A stretch of 64,000 nucleotides of DNA from a virus (taxonomy: Duplodnaviria > Caudoviricetes). Every line of letters begins with the position of its first letter. The first letter of the stretch is position 1. The stretch is taken from the IMG/VR virus record IMGVR_UViG_3300028603_000018, positions 32,001 to 96,000 of that record; one strand, given 5' to 3'. The notes under the pieces were generated by a model, which searched no databases, was not told the DNA's origin, and worked only from the letters and a program-made list of their open reading frames with translations. A program made the translations under genes and the position numbers. This document shows, one piece after another, positions 1 to 8,419 of the stretch.

Positions 1-56
1 CAGATATAGGACTCAGTAACGATTCTTTCAGTAAGGAAAAAGTATGAATTAATTAA

Positions 57-88
57 GGCATAAATAGGAGGTCCAAAAGGACCCCCTA
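57..88. terminator. GCATA-type hairpin terminator
   Basis: ggcataaa-taggaggtcc-aaaa-ggacccccta, intergenic. Confidence 0.6.
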
Positions 89-148
89 AGGATGATGAGT
101 GCACCAACACTCATCGTTTTTACTAACTACTCACCAGGAGATTCTTCT

Positions 149-310
149 ATGAGTAATAGTGCTACGATACGCGAGTATCGAATTACACCTGCATTAGGAC
201 TATTAAGTCCAGTACAGATGTTAAATGCTGCTAAAGATAAAGGTTTATATAAACCCCAATCTACACAGCAAGGTGTGACATTATCTAACCTTCGCAAGCA
301 GTTTAGATAA
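149..310 (+). CDS. small hypothetical protein (53 aa)
   Basis: ORF 92..310 trimmed to ATG149, which follows a caggag RBS; hairpin follows. Confidence 0.5.
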   Translation: MSNSATIREYRITPALGLLSPVQMLNAAKDKGLYKPQSTQQGVTLSNLRKQFR

Positions 311-320
311 GACATACAAT

Positions 321-346
321 AAAAGAGAGGCCACCACCTCTCTTTT
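321..346 (+). terminator. rho-independent terminator
   Basis: aaaagagagg-ccacca-cctctctttt. Confidence 0.65.
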
Positions 347-442
347 ACTACCACCTATTAAATAGAGAATGGAGAAGTTCTCACATATAATGTTAATATT
401 GCTTTAAATTTATATACTTCTCTTAAAGAGAAACAAATCCTA

Positions 443-470
443 TCTTTCTTTTTTTCTTTGTTACAAGTAA
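443..470. repeat. 28-bp dispersed direct repeat, copy 1
   Basis: tctttctttttttctttgttacaagtaa, identical to 54999-55026. Confidence 0.8.
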
Positions 471-587
471 AAATATCTATTACAATAAGAAGCAAAGCAA
501 ACAAATCTTATGTCAATCTTCTATAATTATTAAATAACATCTTATTAATTAAAACATGAAAGTTTTAAAAAATAGTACGAGGTCTCT

Positions 588-1286
588 ATGCGTGAGATAT
601 TGATAGCAGGAGGAATTGAGACTGGACTTGATCCTTACTGGAATAATGTGTCTCTGTTATTACCTTTATCTGGCGATGACGGATCTAAACCTCTTTTAGA
701 TGCAACAGGAAAAGCTATTACTTACCATGGTTCAGCACAGATAGTAGAGACTCCTTCTAAATTTGGAGAGGGTAGTCTTTCTGCATTAACAGCTTCAGAC
801 TATCTATCCTTTCAAGGCGGGTCTCCTTTTAATTTCAGTAATAATGATTTCACTATTGAATTACAGTTATATGTAAGCTCATCTTCAACAGGTTCTATTC
901 AAGCCATATATGAGGATCGTGTCAATGCAGCGACCGATCTTGTCTGTGCACTTACTTATACTTCTAATAAACTAACTATGTGGATGTGGATCTATGGTGT
1001 TCATGTTACAGCAGTTGGTTCAGGTCTTACCGTACCTCCTAATACATTTAATCACTTAGTCTGGTGTCGATCAGGTAATACTATTAGAACATTTATAAAT
1101 GGTGAAATTAATCAAACCTCCACTTATACAGGAACAGCAGGTGGTGGACCAACAGTGCGTTTATTAGGAAGTACTTATAGTCAGCCAGTAAATGCTTATG
1201 CTAATGATATTAGAGTAACTAAAGGTATAGCTCGCTATATAAGTTCTTTTGATCCTCCAACAGAACCTTTCCCAATTAATAGTTAA
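588..1286 (+). CDS. LamG/concanavalin A-like lectin domain virion (tail fibre-like) protein
   Basis: DPYWNNVSLLLP, SKFG, DFTIE, NHLVWCRSG.TIRTFING, DIRVTKGIARY...FDPPTEPFP, typical of phage LamG tail proteins. Confidence 0.8.
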   Translation: MREILIAGGIETGLDPYWNNVSLLLPLSGDDGSKPLLDATGKAITYHGSAQIVETPSKFGEGSLSALTASDYLSFQGGSPFNFSNNDFTIELQLYVSSSSTGSIQAIYEDRVNAATDLVCALTYTSNKLTMWMWIYGVHVTAVGSGLTVPPNTFNHLVWCRSGNTIRTFINGEINQTSTYTGTAGGGPTVRLLGSTYSQPVNAYANDIRVTKGIARYISSFDPPTEPFPINS

Positions 1287-1305
1287 TATAAAAAAGGATT
1301 TAGAA

Positions 1306-2003
1306 ATGAGTAAAGAATTAATGTTAATCCAATCCCTAGTTGGTGGAGGGGGGTAACGAATGGCGATATTGTATTTTACGGTGAGTTAGGTCCGAATTTT
1401 TTAACTTATGAAGATCTAAGTCTCCATTTTAATGTTGGGGAAGGGCAGCTTAATACTGGAGTAGGGGTAAATCACTGGCTTCGGTTCACTATTGATGATA
1501 AAGAAATTATAATTAGTAAGGTTAGTGTTAGACGTTCTTTAACATATAAACATCTATACTCGAAAGGCTTAATCTACGGTACTGATGATGTAGGTCTTTA
1601 CACCCCTGATGGGTTAGTTGGTGTAAATCAATTAAAGACTATTGTTATTCGAGGACAGGCTTACAAATGTCGGTTAATTAGAGGCTGTGATGGCGTTTCT
1701 GGGCTTACGACTGGTAATAGTGGTAATGATCCTGTAGGTACATACAACTCTGAATGGAGTCGATTATTCTATCCAATAGTTACAGATAAGAAAGACGTTG
1801 TGTCTTACCAAGGTCCTATGATTGGTAATTATACCGACGATAGTTTAGAAATGAATGTCCGATATAGCTGGTGTCAGGAAGTTCTAAATAGCGGACCTAC
1901 TACTCAGTCAGTCTTAAGAGGTGGTTTTAGTGTAAGTAGAATGGTTTGGGCAGGTAATGGGAATTACAACGTATGGCGACCATGTCTTGAAAAGATTGAC
2001 TAA
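1306..2003 (+). CDS. phiKZ-type paralogous virion/tail-fibre-family protein, split by a -1 frameshift at G6 (1348-1353)
   Basis: aaggat RBS, ATG1306 MSKELMLIQSLVGGGG* stop at 1354; the -1 frame is open 1314-2003 with no start codon before 1800 and encodes FYGE, WLRF, GLIYG, YKCRLIRG, SEWSRLFY, SWCQE, WRPCLE. Confidence 0.75.
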
Positions 2004-2019
2004 TTATTCTACTGCTGAA

Positions 2020-2062
2020 ATATTTAATTCTAGATTATTTCAATTATATATAACTGTTATGA
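2020..2062 (+). promoter_or_regulatory. early/middle-type phage promoter (43-bp repeat copy)
   Basis: atatttaattctagattatttcaattatatataactgttatga; 42/43 identical to 39295-39337; resembles the phiKZ TATATTAC-type motif. Confidence 0.6.
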
Positions 2063-2093
2063 CGTCACTAGTTAACAACTCAACATTCTTAAG

Positions 2094-2381
2094 GTGTTAA
2101 ACATGGACTATAGAACAAAGTTGGCTGTAGAGTATATCGAAGATAAAATCAATAAGCTATTATTTACAACTGATCCTGATCTTTTTCTTTATCAGGATCA
2201 GGGCTTTGCTATTATGCAGCAATGGGATTCTGATACTGTTTCTGGATATGAGCCTACTAATAGATTCTATGTCTGGGTAATAGCTGAGCGTAAAAGAGTG
2301 AGTGCTGAAGATTCACTCCAGAATACCATTAAACAGTTTATTGAAGTTATTGAATCTCAACATGAAACTTCCCTTAACTGA
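2094..2381 (+). CDS. hypothetical protein
   Basis: ORF downstream of promoter; true start may be ATG2103 after taaggt. Confidence 0.65.
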   Translation: MLNMDYRTKLAVEYIEDKINKLLFTTDPDLFLYQDQGFAIMQQWDSDTVSGYEPTNRFYVWVIAERKRVSAEDSLQNTIKQFIEVIESQHETSLN

Positions 2382-2871
2382 CTTCATTTCTTTTACGCTT
2401 TTAAAAAGCTATGAGAATTATTGGAAAGAGAAGTATCTTAAACCAAACCAAGTAGAATTACGGTCTAGATCTCGATATAGTGCTGTAGACAGATTGAGAG
2501 TTCCTGTGCCTGTTCTTATAAGGACTGAACATGGTTCTCTTTTGTTCTCTCTTTCTTCTTCTCCTCAACGTCAGGTAAAGAACCTAACGAATAAATTAGA
2601 GGATTTGAGAGTTAAGGTAATTGAGTATTTAGTTCTTAAGGATTCGGTAACAGAAGAAGTCCTAGAGTATTATAGAGAACTAAAACAACACGTAAGCTAT
2701 CATCGCTATCCAACCAACCACTACTTAAGAAACTTTTATATTATCTCACTTCTAGAGTCAGGCTTTACACTTATTAACGCTAACTTAGGAAGAGGAGTCG
2801 ATATAGAACAACTTCTTAAACAATACCCTACACAATTCAAGGATTACTTTGGTAATCTTAGTAGTAATTGA
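2362..2871 (+). CDS. hypothetical protein, paralog of 2986..3501
   Basis: ORF 2302..2871 trimmed to ATG2362; shares FSLS..P.+Q.K.L.N, LL..G..L, L.KQYP.Q with the next gene. Confidence 0.65.
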   Translation: MKLPLTDFISFTLLKSYENYWKEKYLKPNQVELRSRSRYSAVDRLRVPVPVLIRTEHGSLLFSLSSSPQRQVKNLTNKLEDLRVKVIEYLVLKDSVTEEVLEYYRELKQHVSYHRYPTNHYLRNFYIISLLESGFTLINANLGRGVDIEQLLKQYPTQFKDYFGNLSSN

Positions 2872-2875
2872 AAAA

Positions 2876-2910
2876 CATAATAGAGCTTCCTAAGAAGCTC
2901 TATTTATGCC
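2876..2910. terminator. CATAA...TTATGCC hairpin
   Basis: cataa-tagagcttc-ctaa-gaagctcta-tttatgcc. Confidence 0.65.
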
Positions 2911-2985
2911 CTATTTATAGATAAGCATTTCAACAGTAAACCCTTTCTAACTATAGAGTAATCAAAAGGAGCAAAGGTACTCAAC

Positions 2986-3501
2986 ATGAAGGTAGTTATC
3001 AACTCTTTTAAAACCATCGATGAGTTCGAAGTACATTGTACTAAGATGATTCCTCGACTAACGAGATTCAAGCATTCAGAACTACGATTGAATGCTAAAA
3101 TGGCTGTCTTTGTCAAAACAGATAGAGATATCTTTACCTTATCATTCACACAAGTTCCTGTTAAGCAAATGAAAACGCTACTTAACAGAATGGATATGTT
3201 CGATGTTCCAGTAAATGAACTAGGTTATCTAGAAGTTACTGTAACTGAAGAGGATGTGGAAGAGTATCCTGAGTATTTCTCACACTCTACCTCAAAGGTA
3301 ATAACTTCAAGAGATAAGCATGACTACACTATTCCTTGTGAAGCACCTTTTCATACACTCGTAGCAAAGAAAGCTTTCTTTTTAGAATACCTTTTAAAAG
3401 AAGGTCATCTTGTTGCTAAAGCAGGTGTTCAAACAGGAGGTAGTTATTACCATCGCTTGTCTAAACAATATCCCAAACAACTCGTTAGTGGTTATCGATA
3501 A
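2986..3501 (+). CDS. hypothetical protein, paralog of 2362..2871
   Basis: 171-aa ORF with aaggt RBS. Confidence 0.7.
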   Translation: MKVVINSFKTIDEFEVHCTKMIPRLTRFKHSELRLNAKMAVFVKTDRDIFTLSFTQVPVKQMKTLLNRMDMFDVPVNELGYLEVTVTEEDVEEYPEYFSHSTSKVITSRDKHDYTIPCEAPFHTLVAKKAFFLEYLLKEGHLVAKAGVQTGGSYYHRLSKQYPKQLVSGYR

Positions 3502-3512
3502 GGAAATAAGTC

Positions 3513-3917
3513 ATGAATAAAATCAAACTAGTAAAGAAGCGGGATGTAGAGTTCATAGACTTTACAAGTATTAGGACAAGAATCATCGAAAAGGAGGGGA
3601 AGAGTCTAATCTTACATCTTAACCATTCTTACACTGAGGATGACAGATATGTTGTCATTTACCATAATGACTCCGTTTTTCCTATCTTACATTTCTCAGC
3701 GACTTGTCAGGTTAGTCAAGTAACTGAAAAAGGATTCTCTGCATACGGTACGATGGTATTGAGAGAAGGACAATGGGGATTCAAAGCTATTGATTCCTCC
3801 TTTTATGAAATCTATCACATTCCACATCTACCAGAATGGGAGCGATTAGAAGAAGCAGAACTTGAAGTCGCTGAGAAGTATCTATCTCAATGCGATCTTT
3901 CTGAATTCTTAGACTAA
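3513..3917 (+). CDS. hypothetical protein
   Basis: 134 aa, aaggaa RBS. Confidence 0.7.
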   Translation: MNKIKLVKKRDVEFIDFTSIRTRIIEKEGKSLILHLNHSYTEDDRYVVIYHNDSVFPILHFSATCQVSQVTEKGFSAYGTMVLREGQWGFKAIDSSFYEIYHIPHLPEWERLEEAELEVAEKYLSQCDLSEFLD

Positions 3918-3927
3918 AAGAGGAAGG

Positions 3928-4413
3928 GTGATGTTTATTTTAAAGAAGACACTTCATGCTGAGATTCAGTTAGCTGAGTTCAGAGGCTATCATAAAGCAA
4001 GAGAAGATCTGATTAAGGAGAAAGAAACATATGCTGAATTTGATCGTCAGCAATTACTGAACACCTTCATTATTGGTGTAAGTAATGAGTATGAAAATCC
4101 TTATATTGGTAAGGTTGTTGATTTCTTTTCTTCTGATCCAGTTATTTGGGACTTTGTAACAAATACTGAATTTGTTTTTATGGGCGCTTTTAAACCCTAT
4201 ACCAAACAGCTATTTGAAGCCTTATTGAAACTCTCTCCTGAAGAACGCGCAGCAGTTATGTTCGTCAATCTGTATAAGGGTAAAGAAGTCTCTTTCAATA
4301 AGGTATTGCGTCCTGATACTGCTATACTCTCTCCTGATGAAATCAAACATACCTTAATGACAAATGGTTATGATTGGGAGAAAGGCGTAGGAAATCCCAC
4401 CATTTCAAAATAA
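3928..4413 (+). CDS. hypothetical protein
   Basis: 161 aa, gaggaagg RBS. Confidence 0.7.
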   Translation: MMFILKKTLHAEIQLAEFRGYHKAREDLIKEKETYAEFDRQQLLNTFIIGVSNEYENPYIGKVVDFFSSDPVIWDFVTNTEFVFMGAFKPYTKQLFEALLKLSPEERAAVMFVNLYKGKEVSFNKVLRPDTAILSPDEIKHTLMTNGYDWEKGVGNPTISK

Positions 4414-4480
4414 TTAGGAATACTGTCTAAAGGTATACATATAACTATCTTTAGACAGTGTCTATAAATAGGAGATTACA

Positions 4481-4693
4481 ATGAAACGTTTAATTAGAAC
4501 AAGTCTGGAGTCTTTTAGAACTTTAGATTATTTCACTTTAGTTAAAGAGGAGCAAACCATATTACCTAATACAGAAGAAGTTAAAGAAAACATTTGGGTA
4601 TATCGTGACCCAATGGGAGTGTTTATCGACTGGCACAACCATATGAGAGATCTAGCACTACGTCATGATTTACGACGCAACTTTGAGTTCTAA
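4481..4693 (+). CDS. hypothetical protein
   Basis: 70 aa, aggaga RBS. Confidence 0.65.
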   Translation: MKRLIRTSLESFRTLDYFTLVKEEQTILPNTEEVKENIWVYRDPMGVFIDWHNHMRDLALRHDLRRNFEF

Positions 4694-4757
4694 TTTAAAG
4701 GAGTTTACTTTGAACTTCCTACAGTTAGTAGCTCTAAGAATAGATAATTCAATCAAC

Positions 4758-4788
4758 GGCATAAAGAGAGGGAATAATCCCTCTCTTT
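4758..4788. terminator. bidirectional GCATA-type hairpin between convergent genes
   Basis: ggcata-aagagaggga-ataa-tccctctcttt. Confidence 0.7.
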
Positions 4789-4806
4789 AAATAGACTTAC
4801 TTAACC

Positions 4807-5055
4807 TTAAGGATTCTCAGGATCTGGAACTGGATCAGGATCAGGTTCATCATCACCAGGAACTTCCGTATCATCATCACCGTCTTCAAAACCAGCTTTC
4901 TCATAAAGTTCAGGATACAGAACTTCATTAAGAGGAGCTAGCGTATTACCAGCACGACGATAGACAGTTTTCTTTTCTTCACTACTCCAAATAAATGGGA
5001 ATACTAGTGCTTTAAGATCAGCTTGTCTGCGCCATGGTCGAATAGTTGCAGCCAT
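4807..5055 (-). CDS. small protein with acidic Asp/Pro tail, possibly late/virion
   Basis: gaaggt RBS; C-terminus EDGDDDTEVPGDDEPDPDPVPDPENP. Confidence 0.65.
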   Translation of the reverse strand: MAATIRPWRRQADLKALVFPFIWSSEEKKTVYRRAGNTLAPLNEVLYPELYEKAGFEDGDDDTEVPGDDEPDPDPVPDPENP

Positions 5056-5170
5056 ATAAACACCTTCTTAACATGTTAAAAAATAATGAGAGGTTATATT
5101 TCTCAAAAGATTCAGCCTAGTTGTGTTTGAAATAGTGTTTTTAATTAGAAGTTAAAAAGAACTTTATTTT

Positions 5171-5192
5171 AAGTACATATCACTATATTGAC
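5171..5192 (+). promoter_or_regulatory. putative phage promoter
   Basis: aagtacatatcactatattgac, member of the ACATAT(A/C)AC family. Confidence 0.5.
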
Positions 5193-5231
5193 AAAGGTTA
5201 TTACTCATTTAACTCTCCTAGGAGAAGAATA

Positions 5232-5537
5232 ATGTCAGTCTGGCTAAAGATGGATGCTGAGAAACAAAGCGTCGTAGGTAAATTCATTGAACGTGCTTAT
5301 TATGGTAGAGGTGAATTGCGTTCTTTAATTGACCTAGCACCCAACAGACAAGGTCATCCTGATGATGGTAGGTGTCATTCTCTTAGACTAAGTGGTAAAG
5401 CAGAAGATCTTCTTCCTTGGTTAGAGTTGTTTGAAGAACTCACCAAAACAAACCTATCTGAGATTAAGAAAGAATTACGAGATGGAAGGGAAGTTATTAC
5501 TGCTAGAGTATTACATCCTTCTTTGTTCATGAATTAG
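5232..5537 (+). CDS. hypothetical protein
   Basis: 101 aa, aggaga RBS. Confidence 0.7.
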   Translation: MSVWLKMDAEKQSVVGKFIERAYYGRGELRSLIDLAPNRQGHPDDGRCHSLRLSGKAEDLLPWLELFEELTKTNLSEIKKELRDGREVITARVLHPSLFMN

Positions 5538-5556
5538 TTTTTAGTATCTTCTATGT

Positions 5557-5778
5557 ATGGAGACTTTACCTATGGGTCACCGCATTATCATTCTTCCTTT
5601 TGAAGAAGCTGTTTCAACAGCAGTAAAACAAAACATTGAGTACGACAAAAGCATTGGTATTTATAACGAAGGCAATGAAGATATTTACCGAGAAGAAGCC
5701 ATCTTTCTGTTAACGGTCTTAGGGGAGAATTTCCTCCCGGAAGACCCATCAATCCCTCACATCAAAGTAAAGAAATGA
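5557..5778 (+). CDS. hypothetical protein
   Basis: 73-aa ORF in a tight operon. Confidence 0.6.
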   Translation: METLPMGHRIIILPFEEAVSTAVKQNIEYDKSIGIYNEGNEDIYREEAIFLLTVLGENFLPEDPSIPHIKVKK

Positions 5779-6017
5779 GAAAATACTTTAAAGCAGAAAC
5801 ACACGAAGAACATTTGGAACGTCTCCGCAGTCAATATCCTGGTAGGTATATCTATTGGGAGAAATCTAGAGAAGTCCCTAAAGGAGAAGTCTTTAAAAAC
5901 TGGACTAAGATCTTTAACGAACGAGAAGCTAAACGACTATCTTCTCAAGTAGATAAAGATTTTAAGACCTACCTTGAAGCAGCAAAACTATCTGAAGATG
6001 GTAAAGCTTTAGCGTAA
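5775..6017 (+). CDS. hypothetical protein
   Basis: 80 aa, ATGA overlap with the previous gene. Confidence 0.65.
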   Translation: MRKYFKAETHEEHLERLRSQYPGRYIYWEKSREVPKGEVFKNWTKIFNEREAKRLSSQVDKDFKTYLEAAKLSEDGKALA

Positions 6018-6031
6018 GAAAAGGAAAAAGT

Positions 6032-6391
6032 GTGGAAGCTATTAAAAAATCTAAATACATTCTAGCTTCATATTGTCAAGATATGAAGGTAGGGCAGAAA
6101 AAACCTATTATATTTGATACGGATAAAGGAGAGTATATCTATATCGAAGATGTAGGTTATGTACTAAAGAAAGAAGTAGAGTGTGGTATTATTAATTATG
6201 TCTTCCTATACCACATGGAAAAGCATCGCCAGCGCTTTAAAGTAAAAGTCGTCGGTAATGGGGAAAATAAAAGAACTATTGCAGTGAGGACGAAAAATAA
6301 GGCTTGGTTTATTAAGCTTTATAAAATCCCTGCTGAACTTATCAATGATAGAAAAGTTGTCCAGTATCCACGACACTTCATCATTTACTAA
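6032..6391 (+). CDS. hypothetical protein
   Basis: 119 aa, GTG start after aaggaa. Confidence 0.65.
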   Translation: MEAIKKSKYILASYCQDMKVGQKKPIIFDTDKGEYIYIEDVGYVLKKEVECGIINYVFLYHMEKHRQRFKVKVVGNGENKRTIAVRTKNKAWFIKLYKIPAELINDRKVVQYPRHFIIY

Positions 6392-6508
6392 TAATTAAAT
6401 AAGTAAAAGGGGTTTGAGGCAGCCTCTTTTTTTTAATTTTTAATTATTAGTTCCATCATATGGATTTTCGATAGTCCTATCTTTAACACTAATTTAACGA
6501 CAAACAAG

Positions 6509-6721
6509 ATGAACCTTATTAACTTGAACGAAAAAGCGATTACCAATATCAAGATTGGTGATGAAGTACGATCCTATCTCACGCATGATATTGGTACAAT
6601 CAGTGAAGTTGATCTGGAAAATAAGACTATCAGTATTAGTTGGGCTAATGGTCATGAGAGTTCTGAAGTAGCTCATAACAGACTAAAGACTGTTGGTTAC
6701 GTTAATAAAGTTTCAAACTAA
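6509..6721 (+). CDS. small SH3/KOW-like beta-barrel hypothetical protein
   Basis: IKIGDEVRS...GTISEVD...ISISW pattern. Confidence 0.55.
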   Translation: MNLINLNEKAITNIKIGDEVRSYLTHDIGTISEVDLENKTISISWANGHESSEVAHNRLKTVGYVNKVSN

Positions 6722-6735
6722 ACTACCAAAGAGTT

Positions 6736-6768
6736 TACAGGGGTCTTTTTAGACTCCTGTATTATGCC
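6736..6768. terminator. hairpin ending in TTATGCC
   Basis: tacaggggtct/agactcctgta arms followed by ttatgcc. Confidence 0.65.
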
Positions 6769-6878
6769 TTAGTTTTATTTTTTTATCCAGTTGAGCTAAT
6801 ATATAGGTTAGTTTAATTTGAACATATATCATTATTATAATAAGCTAATAGAATTATAAGAAACAAAAGGAACTTAAC

Positions 6879-7055
6879 ATGAAAGAGTATAAATACTTTA
6901 AAAGTGATCTAGATGACTTTATAGCTTTCATCATTGCTGCTTCAGCATCAGTAATATTTATCTTAATGCTGGTGTTTAACTTAGGTGTTAGACACGATGT
7001 TAAAATGAAACCTGGTACAGAAATTAGAGCTGAGAAAAAAGAAAATGGAAACTAA
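6879..7055 (+). CDS. small membrane protein (58 aa, not in ORF track)
   Basis: aaaggaa RBS; MKEYKYFKSDLDDFIAFIIAASASVIFILMLVFNLGV..., one TM helix; promoter-like acatatatcat at ~6822. Confidence 0.6.
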   Translation: MKEYKYFKSDLDDFIAFIIAASASVIFILMLVFNLGVRHDVKMKPGTEIRAEKKENGN

Positions 7056-7425
7056 ACAATTCACACAAGAAGAACAACTTCTATTAAAGAGAAAGACAGA
7101 AGTCCTTGACTTTCTCACTAAGTACTTTAATCTACTACCTGTAATGAATGGTAAGTATACAACTACTATTTCTGATGTAGTAAGGATTGTGAAGCCAGTA
7201 TTTATTGATTTAGTTAATGGTAGTCCTAAAGAAGAGTTTTCCTTAACCCTTCATAAAGACAGTAATCTACTTTCTTTTCTAGTAGTTGTAATGGATACAA
7301 TTAAAGAGCGTTTTTCTTTTCTATCGATTAAAGAAGAGAGAATAGATAAAACTGATGCTGTTGTTGAGATTTCATACACAGTTTCTTTTACTGATGAGGT
7401 AGAAGATGACTCAATTAAAGAGTAA
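7045..7425 (+). CDS. hypothetical protein
   Basis: 126-aa ORF in operon. Confidence 0.65.
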   Translation: METKQFTQEEQLLLKRKTEVLDFLTKYFNLLPVMNGKYTTTISDVVRIVKPVFIDLVNGSPKEEFSLTLHKDSNLLSFLVVVMDTIKERFSFLSIKEERIDKTDAVVEISYTVSFTDEVEDDSIKE

Positions 7426-8122
7426 ACATAAAGTCGTTTATTGTTACACAGAACATGCTTTTATTAGTGACAACTATACTCTTATTAAAGCAGTTATTGA
7501 TAATGAAGTTTTGTGTAAAGTATTGAAAGATAGTTTGGGATTTGATGAAGGTTTTGTTAATGCCATTAAAGGGATGAAAGATGTAAAAATTCGTTCTTTA
7601 GATGACTATACTAAGAACAGGGAGTTAAATAGAGTATATACTCATATTTGTCATTGCATCCCAAGACATCATCCCGAATTTGTTAAAGTGGTAGAAGGAC
7701 TCAAAAATTCTTCATTCACTGTAAAAGAAATTGAAGGCAATCAATACACTATCGCCAACCTAATAAATAATTATGAATTTGTCATAGAGCAAAGCGATCT
7801 CATTACTATCATTCCTGAAGGTAATGAAGCTCCTTATGAGCGTCGAGTAGTATGTGCTGCTAATAAGTCTACTAATACAGATAAGATGGTAACTAGTGCT
7901 CGTCATCACGACATTAATATGAACGAGATGATTAAACTCATTCATGAGTTAGAAACGTTGAAAAACGAACCTGTCTCTGACTTTAAATTACAGGGATTTG
8001 TTGATCAGCATAATGTCTTTATGACTAGAGAAGAAGCTAAGGCTCTTGCTGTAGGGAATCAACAGATTCGTCGTAAAGTAGGTGGTGATGAAGAAAGACT
8101 CTATAGTGAGAACCTTTACTAA
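7406..8122 (+). CDS. two-domain conserved phage hypothetical protein
   Basis: C-terminal VVCAAN..ARHHD..QGFVDQ..FMTREEA..LYSENLY resembles a widespread small phage protein. Confidence 0.7.
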   Translation: MTQLKSKHKVVYCYTEHAFISDNYTLIKAVIDNEVLCKVLKDSLGFDEGFVNAIKGMKDVKIRSLDDYTKNRELNRVYTHICHCIPRHHPEFVKVVEGLKNSSFTVKEIEGNQYTIANLINNYEFVIEQSDLITIIPEGNEAPYERRVVCAANKSTNTDKMVTSARHHDINMNEMIKLIHELETLKNEPVSDFKLQGFVDQHNVFMTREEAKALAVGNQQIRRKVGGDEERLYSENLY

Positions 8123-8127
8123 CATAA

Positions 8128-8415
8128 ATGAGAAAAACAATGTTAATTAAAGACGCTGTTAAATATTTGGAAGTAGGTCGTAACTATGTTAAACCCAAAG
8201 GAGATTCTTTCAACAACAGTACTTTCTACTTTTTAACAGAAGAAGGGTTAAACTGGTGCTATGCTGGTTCTGTAGGAGGAATAGTAAAAGGAAAGGACTT
8301 AGATAAACTCTTAAGTAACTCTTTCGATATCTATGCTGTCTATAGTGAGAGGAATGACTATTCCATTATCGAAGAACCAGACATTAAGCTAAACTTTGTC
8401 GACTTATTAAAATAG
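8128..8415 (+). CDS. hypothetical protein
   Basis: 95-aa ORF. Confidence 0.6.
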   Translation: MRKTMLIKDAVKYLEVGRNYVKPKGDSFNNSTFYFLTEEGLNWCYAGSVGGIVKGKDLDKLLSNSFDIYAVYSERNDYSIIEEPDIKLNFVDLLK

Positions 8416-8419
8416 TAGA

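Noticed and set aside
1800-2003. 67-aa ORF as an independent gene
   Set aside because: It is the C-terminal part of the frameshifted gene starting at 1306; the domain motifs begin well upstream.
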